Shown here piece after piece: positions 19,202 to 28,391 of a stretch of 64,000 nt of DNA (position 1 is its first letter; the number at the start of each line of letters is the position of its first letter). This stretch comes from an uncultured Candidatus Saccharibacteria bacterium (GTDB lineage: Bacteria > Patescibacteriota > Minisyncoccia > Minisyncoccales > UBA10102): contig CAYZNF010000002.1 in assembly GCA_964479725.1 (NCBI GenBank), forward strand, positions 1,383-65,382, read 5' to 3'. The notes under the pieces are model-generated. The model saw nothing but the letters and a program-made list of their open reading frames with translations. It had not been told where the DNA came from and did no database searches. Made by a program: the position numbers and the translations under genes.

Positions 19202-20237
19202 GGTGCAAAAAGTATTGGTTCCCTCGGAACTTCGGTATGATTTGGTATCGGAGGATTGGGTTGTGATTGCCACGGGGCGGGCAAAAAGACCCGAAGCTTT
19301 TAAGCGTGACACAAAACAACTTCCTGCCGCGCCTAAAGCTGTCTGCCCTTTTGAAAAAATCGAAACCCAGGAATATCCCACGCTTGCGTACTATAAGGGC
19401 GAGAAAATTGCTGAATTTCCCGATGATATTTCCGTTCTTCGATGGACTACCGTTGCATTTCCAAATAAATTTCCGGCATTCGCGCCCGGCATTTCAATGC
19501 GAGGCAGGAGCATTGGACCGTACCGTGTAACCGACGGGGTGGGTTTTCACGAAGTCATCACTACCAAAGACCATACCAAAGATATCCCTGATTTTACCCA
19601 GCGGCAGGTAAAAGAATTGATTGACGTATATCAGGAAAGGTACTTGGCTCTGATGGGTCAGGCATTCGTGCGGTATATTTCAATATTCAAAAACAAAGGC
19701 CCGTCTGCCGGGGCTACTGTGGGACACCCCCATTCACAGCTTATTGCTGTTCCCGTAACTGATCCTGAAATACAGCGAAGCCTTGATAGTTCTTATAAAT
19801 TTTTCAGCATAGAAAGAAAATGCGTGCATTGTGTTATGCTCGCCTGGGACAGGCAGGAGAAATCAAGGGTAGTATATGAAAACGATTGCTTTACCGTGGT
19901 GACTCCCTTTGCCAGCCGTGTTGCTTTTGAAATGCGTATTTACCCAATTGAGCATTTGGCATATTTTGAACGGGAAGGTGAACACCAGAAAGAATGTTTT
20001 GCCGATGCTTTGCATATAGCCTTGAGAAAGCTTTCAAAAGCCTTGAAAGACCCTGATTATAATTATTATTTACACACCGCTCCTGCCGACAAAAGGGATT
20101 ACGACCAGTATCACTGGCATTTGGAAATTTTGCCGAAAACTGCCACATGGGCGGGATTTGAATTGGGGACCGGCATTGAAATTTCAACGATTGAACCCGA
20201 AAAAGCGGCAGAATTTTTGCGGAACCAAAAAGTATGA
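19164..20237 (+). CDS. galT: Galactose-1-phosphate uridylyltransferase family protein (HIT-like)
   Basis: ELRYDLVSEDWVVIATGRAKRP N-terminus, CPFEK, and HPHSQL (HxHxQ) nucleotidyl-transfer motif. Confidence 0.7.
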   Translation: MAKNEKSKKPLPKVQKVLVPSELRYDLVSEDWVVIATGRAKRPEAFKRDTKQLPAAPKAVCPFEKIETQEYPTLAYYKGEKIAEFPDDISVLRWTTVAFPNKFPAFAPGISMRGRSIGPYRVTDGVGFHEVITTKDHTKDIPDFTQRQVKELIDVYQERYLALMGQAFVRYISIFKNKGPSAGATVGHPHSQLIAVPVTDPEIQRSLDSSYKFFSIERKCVHCVMLAWDRQEKSRVVYENDCFTVVTPFASRVAFEMRIYPIEHLAYFEREGEHQKECFADALHIALRKLSKALKDPDYNYYLHTAPADKRDYDQYHWHLEILPKTATWAGFELGTGIEISTIEPEKAAEFLRNQKV

Positions 20238-20887
20238 TACAACTCCTTGAGCAATTGCTTTCGATTCTTTCATCTTTTGTTATTTCCACTATCGAAGCCA
20301 CAAGCTACTGGGGCATTGGTTTTCTTATGGCCTTGGAGAGCGCCAATATTCCAATTCCCTCTGAAGTCGTCATGCCCTTTTCCGGCTTTTTGGTTTGGGA
20401 GGAGAAACTCACTTTCGGGCTTGTGGTGCTGGCCGGAGCCCTGGGAAATTTGGTCGGCTCTATTGCATCCTATTACCTGGGTAAATGGGGCGGCAGGCCC
20501 TTCTTGGAGCGCTACGGGCGATATTTTTTTGTGAGCCGGCATGATTTGGACTTGGCTGACAAACTATTTTCAAAATACGGCACAATTACCATTTTTGCTT
20601 CGCGAATGCTTCCTATTGTGCGTACGTTTATTTCTTTCCCGGCTGGCATGGCGAAAATGAATATCTGGAAATTTTCCGCCTATACATTCGCGGGATCTTT
20701 ATTGTGGAGCATTGTTCTTACATACGTTGGAGTGATTACGGGAGAAAACTGGCACTCTTTGGAAAAATATTTCAGGAAATTTGATTGGCTTATTGCGGCA
20801 GTGCTAATTGTTTTGGGAGCATGGTGGATATGGCGACACATTAGAGTCATGAAGCGTGAAGCGTATAGCGAAAAGCGAAAGTTATGA
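20234..20887 (+). CDS. DedA/VTT family membrane protein
   Basis: 217 aa; ALESANIPIPSEVVMPFSGFLV and FISFPAGMAKM motifs typical of DedA. Confidence 0.8.
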   Translation: MIQLLEQLLSILSSFVISTIEATSYWGIGFLMALESANIPIPSEVVMPFSGFLVWEEKLTFGLVVLAGALGNLVGSIASYYLGKWGGRPFLERYGRYFFVSRHDLDLADKLFSKYGTITIFASRMLPIVRTFISFPAGMAKMNIWKFSAYTFAGSLLWSIVLTYVGVITGENWHSLEKYFRKFDWLIAAVLIVLGAWWIWRHIRVMKREAYSEKRKL

Positions 20888-20906
20888 ACAATTATTATAT
20901 ATAACA

Positions 20907-21677
20907 ATGATGAAACCTTTAATTGTTGCCAATTGGAAAATGAATCCTGCTACTGCTAAAGAAGCTTTGGCATTGGCAAAAGAAATAAATGGCAATGCAG
21001 AAAAAATAAATGCGGAAGTTGTTCTTTGCCCGCCTTTTCCATATCTTCCAATTATATACGCTAAAAAGCTAAAAAATATATGCCTAGGAGCCCAGGATTG
21101 CTTTTGGGAAAGTCCGCCGGCTGGCGGAGGAGCTTTTACGGGAGAGGTTTCACCTGCCATGCTAAAAAACATTGGATGCAAATATGTTATTTTGGGGCAT
21201 TCTGAACGGAAGAAATATTTGGGTGAAACATATGTAATGATAAATAAAAAACTGAAAGCTGTTTTGAAGGCGAGGTTAGCTCCGGTTGTTTGTATTGGCG
21301 AAAAAGAACCGCTTTCGGAAACGGCAAAAGGGGAAGCGGAGTCTCAAATGGCGCAAATATTTGCCGGAATTTCGGCTGGGGAAATGCAAAGCGCAGTATT
21401 GGCATATGAGCCTGAATGGGCTATAAGCACAAACCCCGGAGCTAAACCCGCTACCCCCGAAGGAGCCAGACTTTCAGTGGAATATATGCGAGAGATCCTT
21501 TTCAGGCTTTTTGGCGACGAGCTTGCGAAAAATGCCAAAATTATGTATGGAGGAAGTGTAGCCAGCCATAATATTAAGGGTTTTATGGATAAAGCAGGGA
21601 TTCAAGGCGCTTTGGTAGGTTCTGCCTCTCTTAATGCCCCCGGGTTTGTCCAGCTGGTTAAAAACGCTATAAAATAA
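20907..21677 (+). CDS. tpiA: Triosephosphate isomerase
   Basis: MMKPLIVANWKMN start, ILGHSERK and AYEPEWAI...G catalytic motifs; the ORF track start at 20856 is an upstream extension. Confidence 0.93.
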   Translation: MMKPLIVANWKMNPATAKEALALAKEINGNAEKINAEVVLCPPFPYLPIIYAKKLKNICLGAQDCFWESPPAGGGAFTGEVSPAMLKNIGCKYVILGHSERKKYLGETYVMINKKLKAVLKARLAPVVCIGEKEPLSETAKGEAESQMAQIFAGISAGEMQSAVLAYEPEWAISTNPGAKPATPEGARLSVEYMREILFRLFGDELAKNAKIMYGGSVASHNIKGFMDKAGIQGALVGSASLNAPGFVQLVKNAIK

Positions 21678-21700
21678 CCTTGCGTCGCAAACAATCCTAA

Positions 21701-22207
21701 ATGGATCCTCTATTTTCAGGCAATTTTTTTAATCCTACAAAAGGTAGCATGAGTCTTTCCTCTGTAATGGACGAGATGGTTTTGTATATGAAAGAACGCC
21801 CCGCGAGGGAGTATGAAATTATCATTGGGTGCGATTCCTCGGCTACCGAAGATCCCACATTTCCTGTTGCTATTGTCATATTGAGAAAAGGGGAGGGCGG
21901 GAGGTTTTTCTTGAGGCGCATACACTACCCCCGAAAATTTTACAGCAGGCAGGAAAGAATATTGGAAGAAGTAATGCTGTCATGCAGGCTGGCGTTGTGG
22001 CTAAGGGAGCATTTTGCCATGCGCGCACAGCAAGAAAACAATCCTCCGAAATACCAGTTCCAATATATCCATGCGGATGTGGGAGAAAATGGTATTACCA
22101 AAGACATGGTGAAGGAAGTTGTAGGATTAATCCGAGGCAATGGCTTTGAGCCGTGCATTAAGCCTGCTTCCTTCGCCGCCTCATCTGTCGCCGACAGATA
22201 CTCTTAA
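21701..22207 (+). CDS. Hypothetical protein, possibly RNase H-like (YkuK/DUF458-type)
   Basis: 168 aa; EYEIIIGCDSS ... YIHADVG pattern is reminiscent of the RNase-H-like YkuK family; assignment from memory only. Confidence 0.4.
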   Translation: MDPLFSGNFFNPTKGSMSLSSVMDEMVLYMKERPAREYEIIIGCDSSATEDPTFPVAIVILRKGEGGRFFLRRIHYPRKFYSRQERILEEVMLSCRLALWLREHFAMRAQQENNPPKYQFQYIHADVGENGITKDMVKEVVGLIRGNGFEPCIKPASFAASSVADRYS

Positions 22208-22457
22208 GCAGGTGTTTTATAGAATAGGAAATTATACAAAGTTCTAAGTCTGATTTTCGTTGTCTCCTTTGCGGCAAATAGATGCTCGTAATCGCGAAGT
22301 TTTTGTTGCTATAGGGCAAAGTACTACGAATTATTGCATATGCAAGATTTTGTAGTTCTCAATGATTTTCAGTAGAATTCAGTTTGAATTTGGTTTGAAA
22401 TTGACTTTCAAATTTTTTCCATTATCCTAAAGCTTAGAACTTACTGGGAGGTGGAAG

Positions 22458-22718
22458 GTGGCGAAGACAAGCTGGTTTAGGGTCTCCATGGCGATAGTGG
22501 GGATGTGGGCTTGGGTTGTGGTCGCAGTAGTAGCAGGGTTATGGCAGGAGGTGCAGGTTGGCCTTGCGACAGTGGCACTGTGCTGGAGTGCGGCTGCCGT
22601 CGTCTTTGCCGTGAGCGAGAGCGCTAAATCACGGCTGCTGTTTTTGATCTTGTTTTTTAGTCCCGCGCCTGTAATTGCGGCCATGATTGTTATGGCAATT
22701 GCCAACCATGCTCGGTGA
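22458..22718 (+). CDS. Small hydrophobic membrane protein (86 aa), GTG start with GGAGG RBS
   Basis: GGAGG 6 nt upstream of GTG; 2-3 predicted TM helices (W/A/V-rich); about 60% GC in an AT-rich neighbourhood. Confidence 0.45.
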   Translation: MAKTSWFRVSMAIVGMWAWVVVAVVAGLWQEVQVGLATVALCWSAAAVVFAVSESAKSRLLFLILFFSPAPVIAAMIVMAIANHAR

Positions 22719-22859
22719 TTCGCGCTTGCCAATGTCTTCCTACGATTTTCATCCCCGACGCTTACAAAGCGAAGGGGGTTTTATATTTGCTTCGAAGTTT
22801 TGAAGTAGTTTCTGCCCCGCGCTTGCTGTGTATGTGCTGGGACTGTCCCAGCACAGAAA

Positions 22860-22888
22860 TTGCGCGGATTTCAATTTTGTGGCATAAT
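22860..22888 (+). promoter_or_regulatory. Promoter TTGCGC-17-(TGg)CATAAT ending 9 nt before the mnmA ATG
   Basis: Hexamers and extended -10 TG read directly; implies a leaderless or very short-leader transcript. Confidence 0.5.
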
Positions 22889-22897
22889 ATAGAGGTT

Positions 22898-24073
22898 ATG
22901 CAAAATAGGAAACGCACAGTTTTTGTGGGAATGTCGGGTGGGGTTGATTCTAGCGTTGCCGCGTCTCTTTTAAAGAGAGACGGTTTTAATGTTGTAGGAA
23001 TTTACATGAAATGCTGGCTCGAAGCGGAAAATCCCGCTTGCACAACCATAGACGACGAACGATCCGCGAGGATGGCCGCCAGTCATTTGGGTATTCCATT
23101 CTATGTTTGGAATTTTATTGATGAGTACAAAAAGCGCGTGGTGGATTATATGGTAGAAGGGTACAGGAAGGGGATTACCCCAAATCCCGACATGATATGC
23201 AATAAAGAAATAAAGTTTGGCTTGTTTTTTGATAGGGCGATGAAACTCGGGGCAGATTATGTGGCGACTGGGCATTATGCTCGCATACAGCACACGAGAA
23301 ATATTCCTTACGCTTCGTCCGCCAAACCCACGGCCTTACTCGAACTTCGCTTCAGGAATATTTCTCGTGTGCGCCCTGTATCCGCGAGCTTGCCTGATAG
23401 CGCGATGCCTCGTTTGTCCACTGAAAGGCCTTGCTTATTACAGGGGATAGATAAAAACAAAGACCAGTCATATTTTTTGGCGTTTATAAAACCTGAAGTT
23501 CTAAACAGGGTATTATTTCCTATAGGTAATTACACTAAGCCTGACGTGCGGGAGTTGGCCCGAAAACTTGGTTTGCCTAATTCCGAAAGAAAAGACAGCC
23601 AGGGCATTTGCTTTGTGGGAAAGGTACATGTTGATGATTTTTTGAAAAGATATATTGAGCCAAGAAAAGGGAGAATAGTTGATATGGAAGGCAAAGTATT
23701 GGGTGAGCACCAAGGGGTGATGTACTACACAATCGGCCAAAGAGAGGGGATTGGGTTGTCTGGGGGACCGTGGTATGTAGCGGCAAAAGACACAGAAGCA
23801 AACAAACTGGTGGTCTCCCGTAATGAGCAGGATCTCGACAAAAAAGAAACAGTCGTGTCGCATGTAAACTGGATTTCAAAACCAGAGAGTTTTCCTGCAG
23901 AGGCAACTGTGCATTTGCGCTATCGCCACAAAGGAATTAAAGCAAATGTGATAGACAAGGGAGACGACTCCTTTATCGTTGAATTTACGGAAAGTCAGCG
24001 CGCCGTAACTCCGGGTCAATTCGCAGTTTTTTATGACAAAGAAGAAGTACTCGGCGCGGGAGTTCTGCAATAG
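22898..24073 (+). CDS. mnmA: tRNA-specific 2-thiouridylase MnmA (with about 40-aa low-complexity insertion)
   Basis: VFVGMSGGVDSSVAA PP-loop, NKDQSYFL and GICFVG motifs; insertion QHTRNIPYASSAKPT...STERPC between GHYARI and LLQGIDKNKDQSYFL. Confidence 0.9.
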   Translation: MQNRKRTVFVGMSGGVDSSVAASLLKRDGFNVVGIYMKCWLEAENPACTTIDDERSARMAASHLGIPFYVWNFIDEYKKRVVDYMVEGYRKGITPNPDMICNKEIKFGLFFDRAMKLGADYVATGHYARIQHTRNIPYASSAKPTALLELRFRNISRVRPVSASLPDSAMPRLSTERPCLLQGIDKNKDQSYFLAFIKPEVLNRVLFPIGNYTKPDVRELARKLGLPNSERKDSQGICFVGKVHVDDFLKRYIEPRKGRIVDMEGKVLGEHQGVMYYTIGQREGIGLSGGPWYVAAKDTEANKLVVSRNEQDLDKKETVVSHVNWISKPESFPAEATVHLRYRHKGIKANVIDKGDDSFIVEFTESQRAVTPGQFAVFYDKEEVLGAGVLQ

Positions 24074-24114
24074 CAATATTTACAAATTTTTTAATTAGCG
24101 TTATCACTTATTTT

Positions 24115-24182
24115 GGATGGCCGGGAGCTGGGTTTGGGTGGAGGCCGAATGGCAGGGCGGATAATTAGGCTCTCGGCCGTTC
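24115..24182 (+). repeat. 68-bp direct repeat, left copy
   Basis: ggatggccgGgagctgggtttgggtggaggccgaatggcagggcggataattaggctctcggccgttc; 67/68 identical to 25251..25318; internal 10-bp stem ggccgRgagc / gctctcggcc. Confidence 0.9.
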
Positions 24183-24217
24183 TCTAGATTTGGAAAAAGA
24201 GGAAGGAGGAAAACCTA

Positions 24218-25236
24218 ATGACTGCTGGCGTGGCTGGCGCAAGCCAGGCGATAGTATTGGTACGTCCGGGAGCAAAAGATAAAAAGCTTCCAATGTCTGA
24301 AAAGGGCCTGAAGGAAGTTCTGGCGCAGTCTGCGCCAGGCGAAACAATTGTCCTGGCGGGAAATTCCAATTGGCTGACAGCCTTTGCTCATGGACTGCAA
24401 AGCCATGGGAGAGCCGTGCGCTTTTTGCCTTCCCCCATGAAAGAAAGGGGGCAAAGGCAATCTCATGCTGCCATGCTTGGGGCGGCTCTGGAGCATGGCA
24501 TTGTCGGCCGGCCATTTTTCAGGGACGGGAAATCGTCTGCAGAAGCAGAAGTTCCCCATCCATGGGTAGAAATGGCTAATCAGTATTTCCTGCTGTTGGA
24601 TGGCATTCGCCAGGCCAAGCACCGAGTGCTAAATGCCTTGAGAATATTGTATCCAGAGCTCGTTGCCATAGGCGACAAGCTTTGGGGGCAAAGAGTCTCG
24701 AGGCGATGGGAAGACTCGACTGGACCTATTTTGCGAGCACGGAGGCGGAAGCTTACTCTGCTTCTTTAGCGCAGTACGTGCCCGCGGCCAAACAGGCAGA
24801 GGCTGCCTCGCAGCTGCACAAAGAGCTTGGCATGCTCGCCGAATTCAACATTCTGCAGCGAGATCTGCGAGAACGCATAAAAGCAGAAACAGAGGGGCAT
24901 GCCATCGTAGAGTACTTTGGCGGCACCTTCTCGGCCCAGGTGCTTGCTCTTCTGATTGGTTGGAGAAGGTGGGGGGAAGGGCGGAAGCAAGGTTTTCGCG
25001 CCTTGCGAAGCTACTGCGGCTTGGCGGTAACTCGGGTGGATTCTTCCGGGAAGCCGCGAATTTCCAGGGTTCGGCCCGAAATAAGAACAGCGCTGTACTG
25101 GCTGTTCGCCACCTCCAAGGGCAAGGAGGTGGTTAGTGAGGCAATGGAACGGCGGGCGGACAAGAGCAAGAAGCCTGGGCGGCCAAAGCGTATGGAGGCT
25201 TTGCTTCTTGCCGTATGGCGAGATTGCCTCCAGTAA
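24218..25236 (+). pseudogene. IS110-family transposase, frameshifted into two ORFs (24218..24769 and 24682..25236), DEDD residues not evident
   Basis: ORF A resembles the IS110 N-terminal region, but GIDVSK and EATGGY equivalents are replaced (VAGASQ, LAGNSNW). ORF B carries the C-terminal IS116/IS110/IS902 domain. The frames overlap by 88 nt. Confidence 0.6.
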
Positions 25237-25250
25237 AGTACGATAAGGGG

Positions 25251-25318
25251 GGATGGCCGAGAGCTGGGTTTGGGTGGAGGCCGAATGGCAGGGCGGATAA
25301 TTAGGCTCTCGGCCGTTC
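25251..25318 (+). repeat. 68-bp direct repeat, right copy
   Basis: Identical to the left copy except A at position 10 (G in the left copy); the change converts a G.U into an A-U pair in the predicted stem. Confidence 0.9.
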
Positions 25319-25401
25319 CCAAACAACGAAAGCACAGAGGAGCTGGACATAAAACAGGCTTCAGTAGCAGGAGGGCTGGTATTGAGGCTCCTCTGATGCC
25401 C

Positions 25402-25440
25402 GGGCGGGGTTGTCTCACGACGACCCCGCCCTAAATTTTT
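25402..25440 (+). terminator. Rho-independent terminator-like hairpin GGGCGGGGT-12 nt-ACCCCGCCC followed by TAAATTTTT
   Basis: Perfect 9-bp GC stem read directly, followed by a T-run; lies between the IS remnant and the alaS promoter. Confidence 0.55.
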
Positions 25441-25466
25441 GTATAAGGGGAAAAATTTGGTATAAT
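25439..25466 (+). promoter_or_regulatory. Promoter TTGTAT-16-(TGg)TATAAT ending 9 nt before the alaS ATG
   Basis: Extended -10 tggtataat at 25458-25466; ATG at 25476. Confidence 0.5.
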
Positions 25467-25475
25467 GCCTACATT

Positions 25476-27254
25476 ATGAACTCCAATGAATTGAGAAAAC
25501 GGTTTCTCGATTTTTTTGCTGAAAACGGCCATGCGGTGGTGCCTTCTTCGCCACTGATTCCCGATGATCCTTCGGTGCTTTTGACAACTGCAGGAATGCA
25601 GCAGTTTAAACCCTACTATACCGGGCAGGCGGATCCAATGAAATCTCCTCATCCCACACTAGAAGGGAGGCCGCTCGGGAGCCGCAATGCCGTTTCGGTC
25701 CAAAAAAGTTTCCGCACATCGGATATTGAAGAGGTGGGAGACGAGCGCCATCTTACATTTTTTGAGATGCTGGGCAACTTCTCTTTTGGCGGCTACACTG
25801 ATTTCAAGCGCCAGCCCATTACCTACGCCAAAGAATTTCTGGATTCTATTGGCGTTGAGGTTGACTATGTAACAGTCTTTAAGGGAGACAGCGAAGTGCC
25901 GCGAGACAATGAGTCTATTGCCATTTGGAAAGATCTTGGTTTTTCGGAAGAGAAAGGCAATTTGAGGCTTGAGGGAAGGGCGGATAACTTTTGGGGTCCT
26001 ACTGGAAATGAGGGTCCCTGCGGCCCCACAACAGAAATTTATGCCGGAGGAAAAAGCGCGGTGGGAGGAAAGCCAATTGAAATTTGGAATATTGTTTTTA
26101 ACCAGTACTATTGCTACGCTGACAAACGCCTTGAATTACTAAAGCAATCCGGGGTGGATACAGGCATGGGCCTTGAAAGGCTGGCATTGGTGTCCCAAGA
26201 AAAAGCCAATGTGTTTGAAACTGATTTATTTACTCCTATTTTTGCTAAAATGCCGGGCGACCTAGACGAAAATGTCCAAAGAATCATTGCCGACCATGTC
26301 CGCGCTATTGCGTTCTTGGTTTCTGACGGAGTACGGCCCTCAAACAAAGAAGCGGGATATATTTTACGCGGTCTGGTTCGCCGCATCGTGGCTCAACAGT
26401 ACGTTGGACAAAAACAGGATATTGATTTTCAAGGAATGTTTGAGGCTATGGTAGATTACTACAAGCCCGCTTACCCCGAACTTAACAAGGAAACCGCAAT
26501 AAACGAGTTTTTACAGGAACAGCATAAATTTAAGGATGCGATACAGCAGGGGATTAAGGAATTGGAGCGCATGGAAGCGATTGACGCTGAAAAAGGTTTT
26601 TATTTATACGAGAGTTTTGGCATTCCCTTCGATGTAATTAAAGAATTGGCAGGGGATAGGGCAAAAAGCCTTACGAAAGAATTATTTAACAAAGAATTTG
26701 AAAAACACCAGGAAATTTCTCGGGCTGGGCAGGAGCGAAAATTCGGCGGACATGGCCTCATTATGGATACCGGAGAACTAAAAGCGGGAAACGAAGAAGA
26801 ATTAGAGCGGGCAACAAGACTGCATACCGCCACCCACCTAACCCAAGCCGCTTTGAGGAAAATATTGGGCGAAAGCGTGCGCCAAGCCGGATCGGATATT
26901 ACGCCAGAACGGCTGCGCTTTGATTTTACATTCGAAAGAAAGCTGACGCCGGAAGAAATCCTGCGGGTAACCGAGCTGGTTAACGGCGCAATACAAGCCA
27001 ATCTGGCCATGGAACGCATTGAGATGCCTTACGAGGAGGCAATAAAAACAGGGGCCTTATATTCAAAACGCGAGAAATATCCTCCCACGGTGAAAGTGTA
27101 CAAAGCGCACAATCCCCAAACAGGCGAAATATTTTCGCAGGAATTGTGCGGAGGGCCCCATGTGCGATATACTGGAGAAGTAGGGAAGTTTAAAATTCTC
27201 AAAGAAGAATCTGTTGCGGCCGGAATACGCCGCATTCGAGCAACAATTGAGTAA
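25476..27254 (+). CDS. alaS: Alanyl-tRNA synthetase, compact form (593 aa; lacks the C-Ala domain)
   Basis: MNSNELRKRFLDFF...FFEMLGNFSFGGY class II core; editing motifs HTATHL and CGGPHV; ends after GIRRIRATIE. Confidence 0.9.
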   Translation: MNSNELRKRFLDFFAENGHAVVPSSPLIPDDPSVLLTTAGMQQFKPYYTGQADPMKSPHPTLEGRPLGSRNAVSVQKSFRTSDIEEVGDERHLTFFEMLGNFSFGGYTDFKRQPITYAKEFLDSIGVEVDYVTVFKGDSEVPRDNESIAIWKDLGFSEEKGNLRLEGRADNFWGPTGNEGPCGPTTEIYAGGKSAVGGKPIEIWNIVFNQYYCYADKRLELLKQSGVDTGMGLERLALVSQEKANVFETDLFTPIFAKMPGDLDENVQRIIADHVRAIAFLVSDGVRPSNKEAGYILRGLVRRIVAQQYVGQKQDIDFQGMFEAMVDYYKPAYPELNKETAINEFLQEQHKFKDAIQQGIKELERMEAIDAEKGFYLYESFGIPFDVIKELAGDRAKSLTKELFNKEFEKHQEISRAGQERKFGGHGLIMDTGELKAGNEEELERATRLHTATHLTQAALRKILGESVRQAGSDITPERLRFDFTFERKLTPEEILRVTELVNGAIQANLAMERIEMPYEEAIKTGALYSKREKYPPTVKVYKAHNPQTGEIFSQELCGGPHVRYTGEVGKFKILKEESVAAGIRRIRATIE

Positions 27255-27269
27255 GACAATTTATTTTAG

Positions 27270-28391
27270 ATGCCTTTGATCCCTGTTTTTGGGAAGCCTA
27301 AAGCAATGGTTTCGTTGTACGTTGACGCAGGAAGCTCTGCCGTAAAGTTTTGCGTGCTGAAATCCTGGCCGGCTGGGCGAGAAATCCTTGCGTGTGATTC
27401 CATTCCCACAACAAAATTTGCTTGGGAAAAAGATACCCATACGGTCATTGCTAACGCCAAAAAACATTTCTCGGGAATCAGCGAAATTATCTTCAACCTT
27501 TCCCCGTCGGTTTTTCGGGCAGGGGTTTTTGAATATTCTTTTACGCGAAAAAATCCTTCTGCGGCTATTACCTTAAAAGAAGAGCAGAGTCTGGGCAAAG
27601 AAATGCTTGGCCTGGCGAGAAAAGAAATGACGGAATATTTTTCCAAGATATACGGTATTCCTCCGGAAGAGCTTATGGTTATGAAAATAAAGATGGTCCA
27701 CGCGGAAATAAGCGGTTATTCGGTGTCCCATTTGCGCGGATATGCTGGTCCTTCTCTACGGCTCCGGGTTTTGGGGACATGCCTGCCCATTGAGTACAAG
27801 AATTTTTTTGACCGCCTGAAGCGTTTATACAAAATCAAGCAGTTAAAACTTTCCCACTGGGCGGAAGGAATCGAAGCTTTTGCCATTGGGCAAAAACACG
27901 ATGGTATTTTTATTGACGCAGGCGACCAGATGACCCAGTTGGCCGTTATGCGGCAGCATACTATTTTAGGAGTGCAGGACGTAAAATACGGCGGAGATAA
28001 TTTTTCGTACGCCCTTGAAATGAAGCTGGGATTCCAAGAAACAATGGCCAGGGATTTTAAAGAGCGTTATTCAAGGAACGAATTTACCGAAGAAATGAGG
28101 AAGAAAATGCATGACGTTTTCCAGCCCGAAGCGCAAAAATGGGTGGCCCTGTGCAAAGAAAAACTGCTGTCGATGAATAACGTCCTTCCTTCCAAGATTT
28201 TCCTTATGGGAGGAGGCAGCCAGCTTCCGGAAATCGCTACAGAACTTACGGCAAGTTTTGAAGATCTGCCTATTAATGGCAATCTTGAAATTACTTTCCT
28301 TGATCCTCAAAATGTTATTAAAAATATAAAACACTCAAAAGGCGGCAACGTCATATACACGCCACTCTTTTTATTGACTTATGGCAAATAA
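27270..28391 (+). CDS. Actin-like ATPase, FtsA/PilM family
   Basis: YVDAGSSAVKFCVL N-terminal phosphate-1-like motif and IFLMGGGSQLPEIATEL C-terminal adenosine motif. Confidence 0.55.
   Translation: MPLIPVFGKPKAMVSLYVDAGSSAVKFCVLKSWPAGREILACDSIPTTKFAWEKDTHTVIANAKKHFSGISEIIFNLSPSVFRAGVFEYSFTRKNPSAAITLKEEQSLGKEMLGLARKEMTEYFSKIYGIPPEELMVMKIKMVHAEISGYSVSHLRGYAGPSLRLRVLGTCLPIEYKNFFDRLKRLYKIKQLKLSHWAEGIEAFAIGQKHDGIFIDAGDQMTQLAVMRQHTILGVQDVKYGGDNFSYALEMKLGFQETMARDFKERYSRNEFTEEMRKKMHDVFQPEAQKWVALCKEKLLSMNNVLPSKIFLMGGGSQLPEIATELTASFEDLPINGNLEITFLDPQNVIKNIKHSKGGNVIYTPLFLLTYGK

Larger units (their letters stand above)
24115..25318 (+). mobile_element. IS110-family-like element remnant bounded by 68-bp direct repeats
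   Basis: Two overlapping ORFs with IS110 N-terminal-like and Transposase_20-like C-terminal similarity (RALRSYCGLAVTRVDSSGKPRISRVRPEIRTALYWLF) flanked by near-identical 68-bp repeats. Confidence 0.6.

Noticed and set aside
22715-22897. N-terminal 61-codon extension of the mnmA ORF in the six-frame track
   Set aside because: The extension contains the TTGCGC-17-CATAAT promoter and has no MnmA homology; the true start is the ATG at 22898 (MQNRKRTVFVGMSGG).
24115-24182. The 68-bp repeats as tRNA genes
   Set aside because: No cloverleaf, no T-loop or anticodon-arm geometry; a single long stem with a G-rich 40-nt loop instead.
25410-25475. Upstream extension of the alaS ORF
   Set aside because: It runs through the GGGCGGGGT/ACCCCGCCC terminator hairpin and the promoter; AlaS homology begins at MNSNELRKRF (25476).
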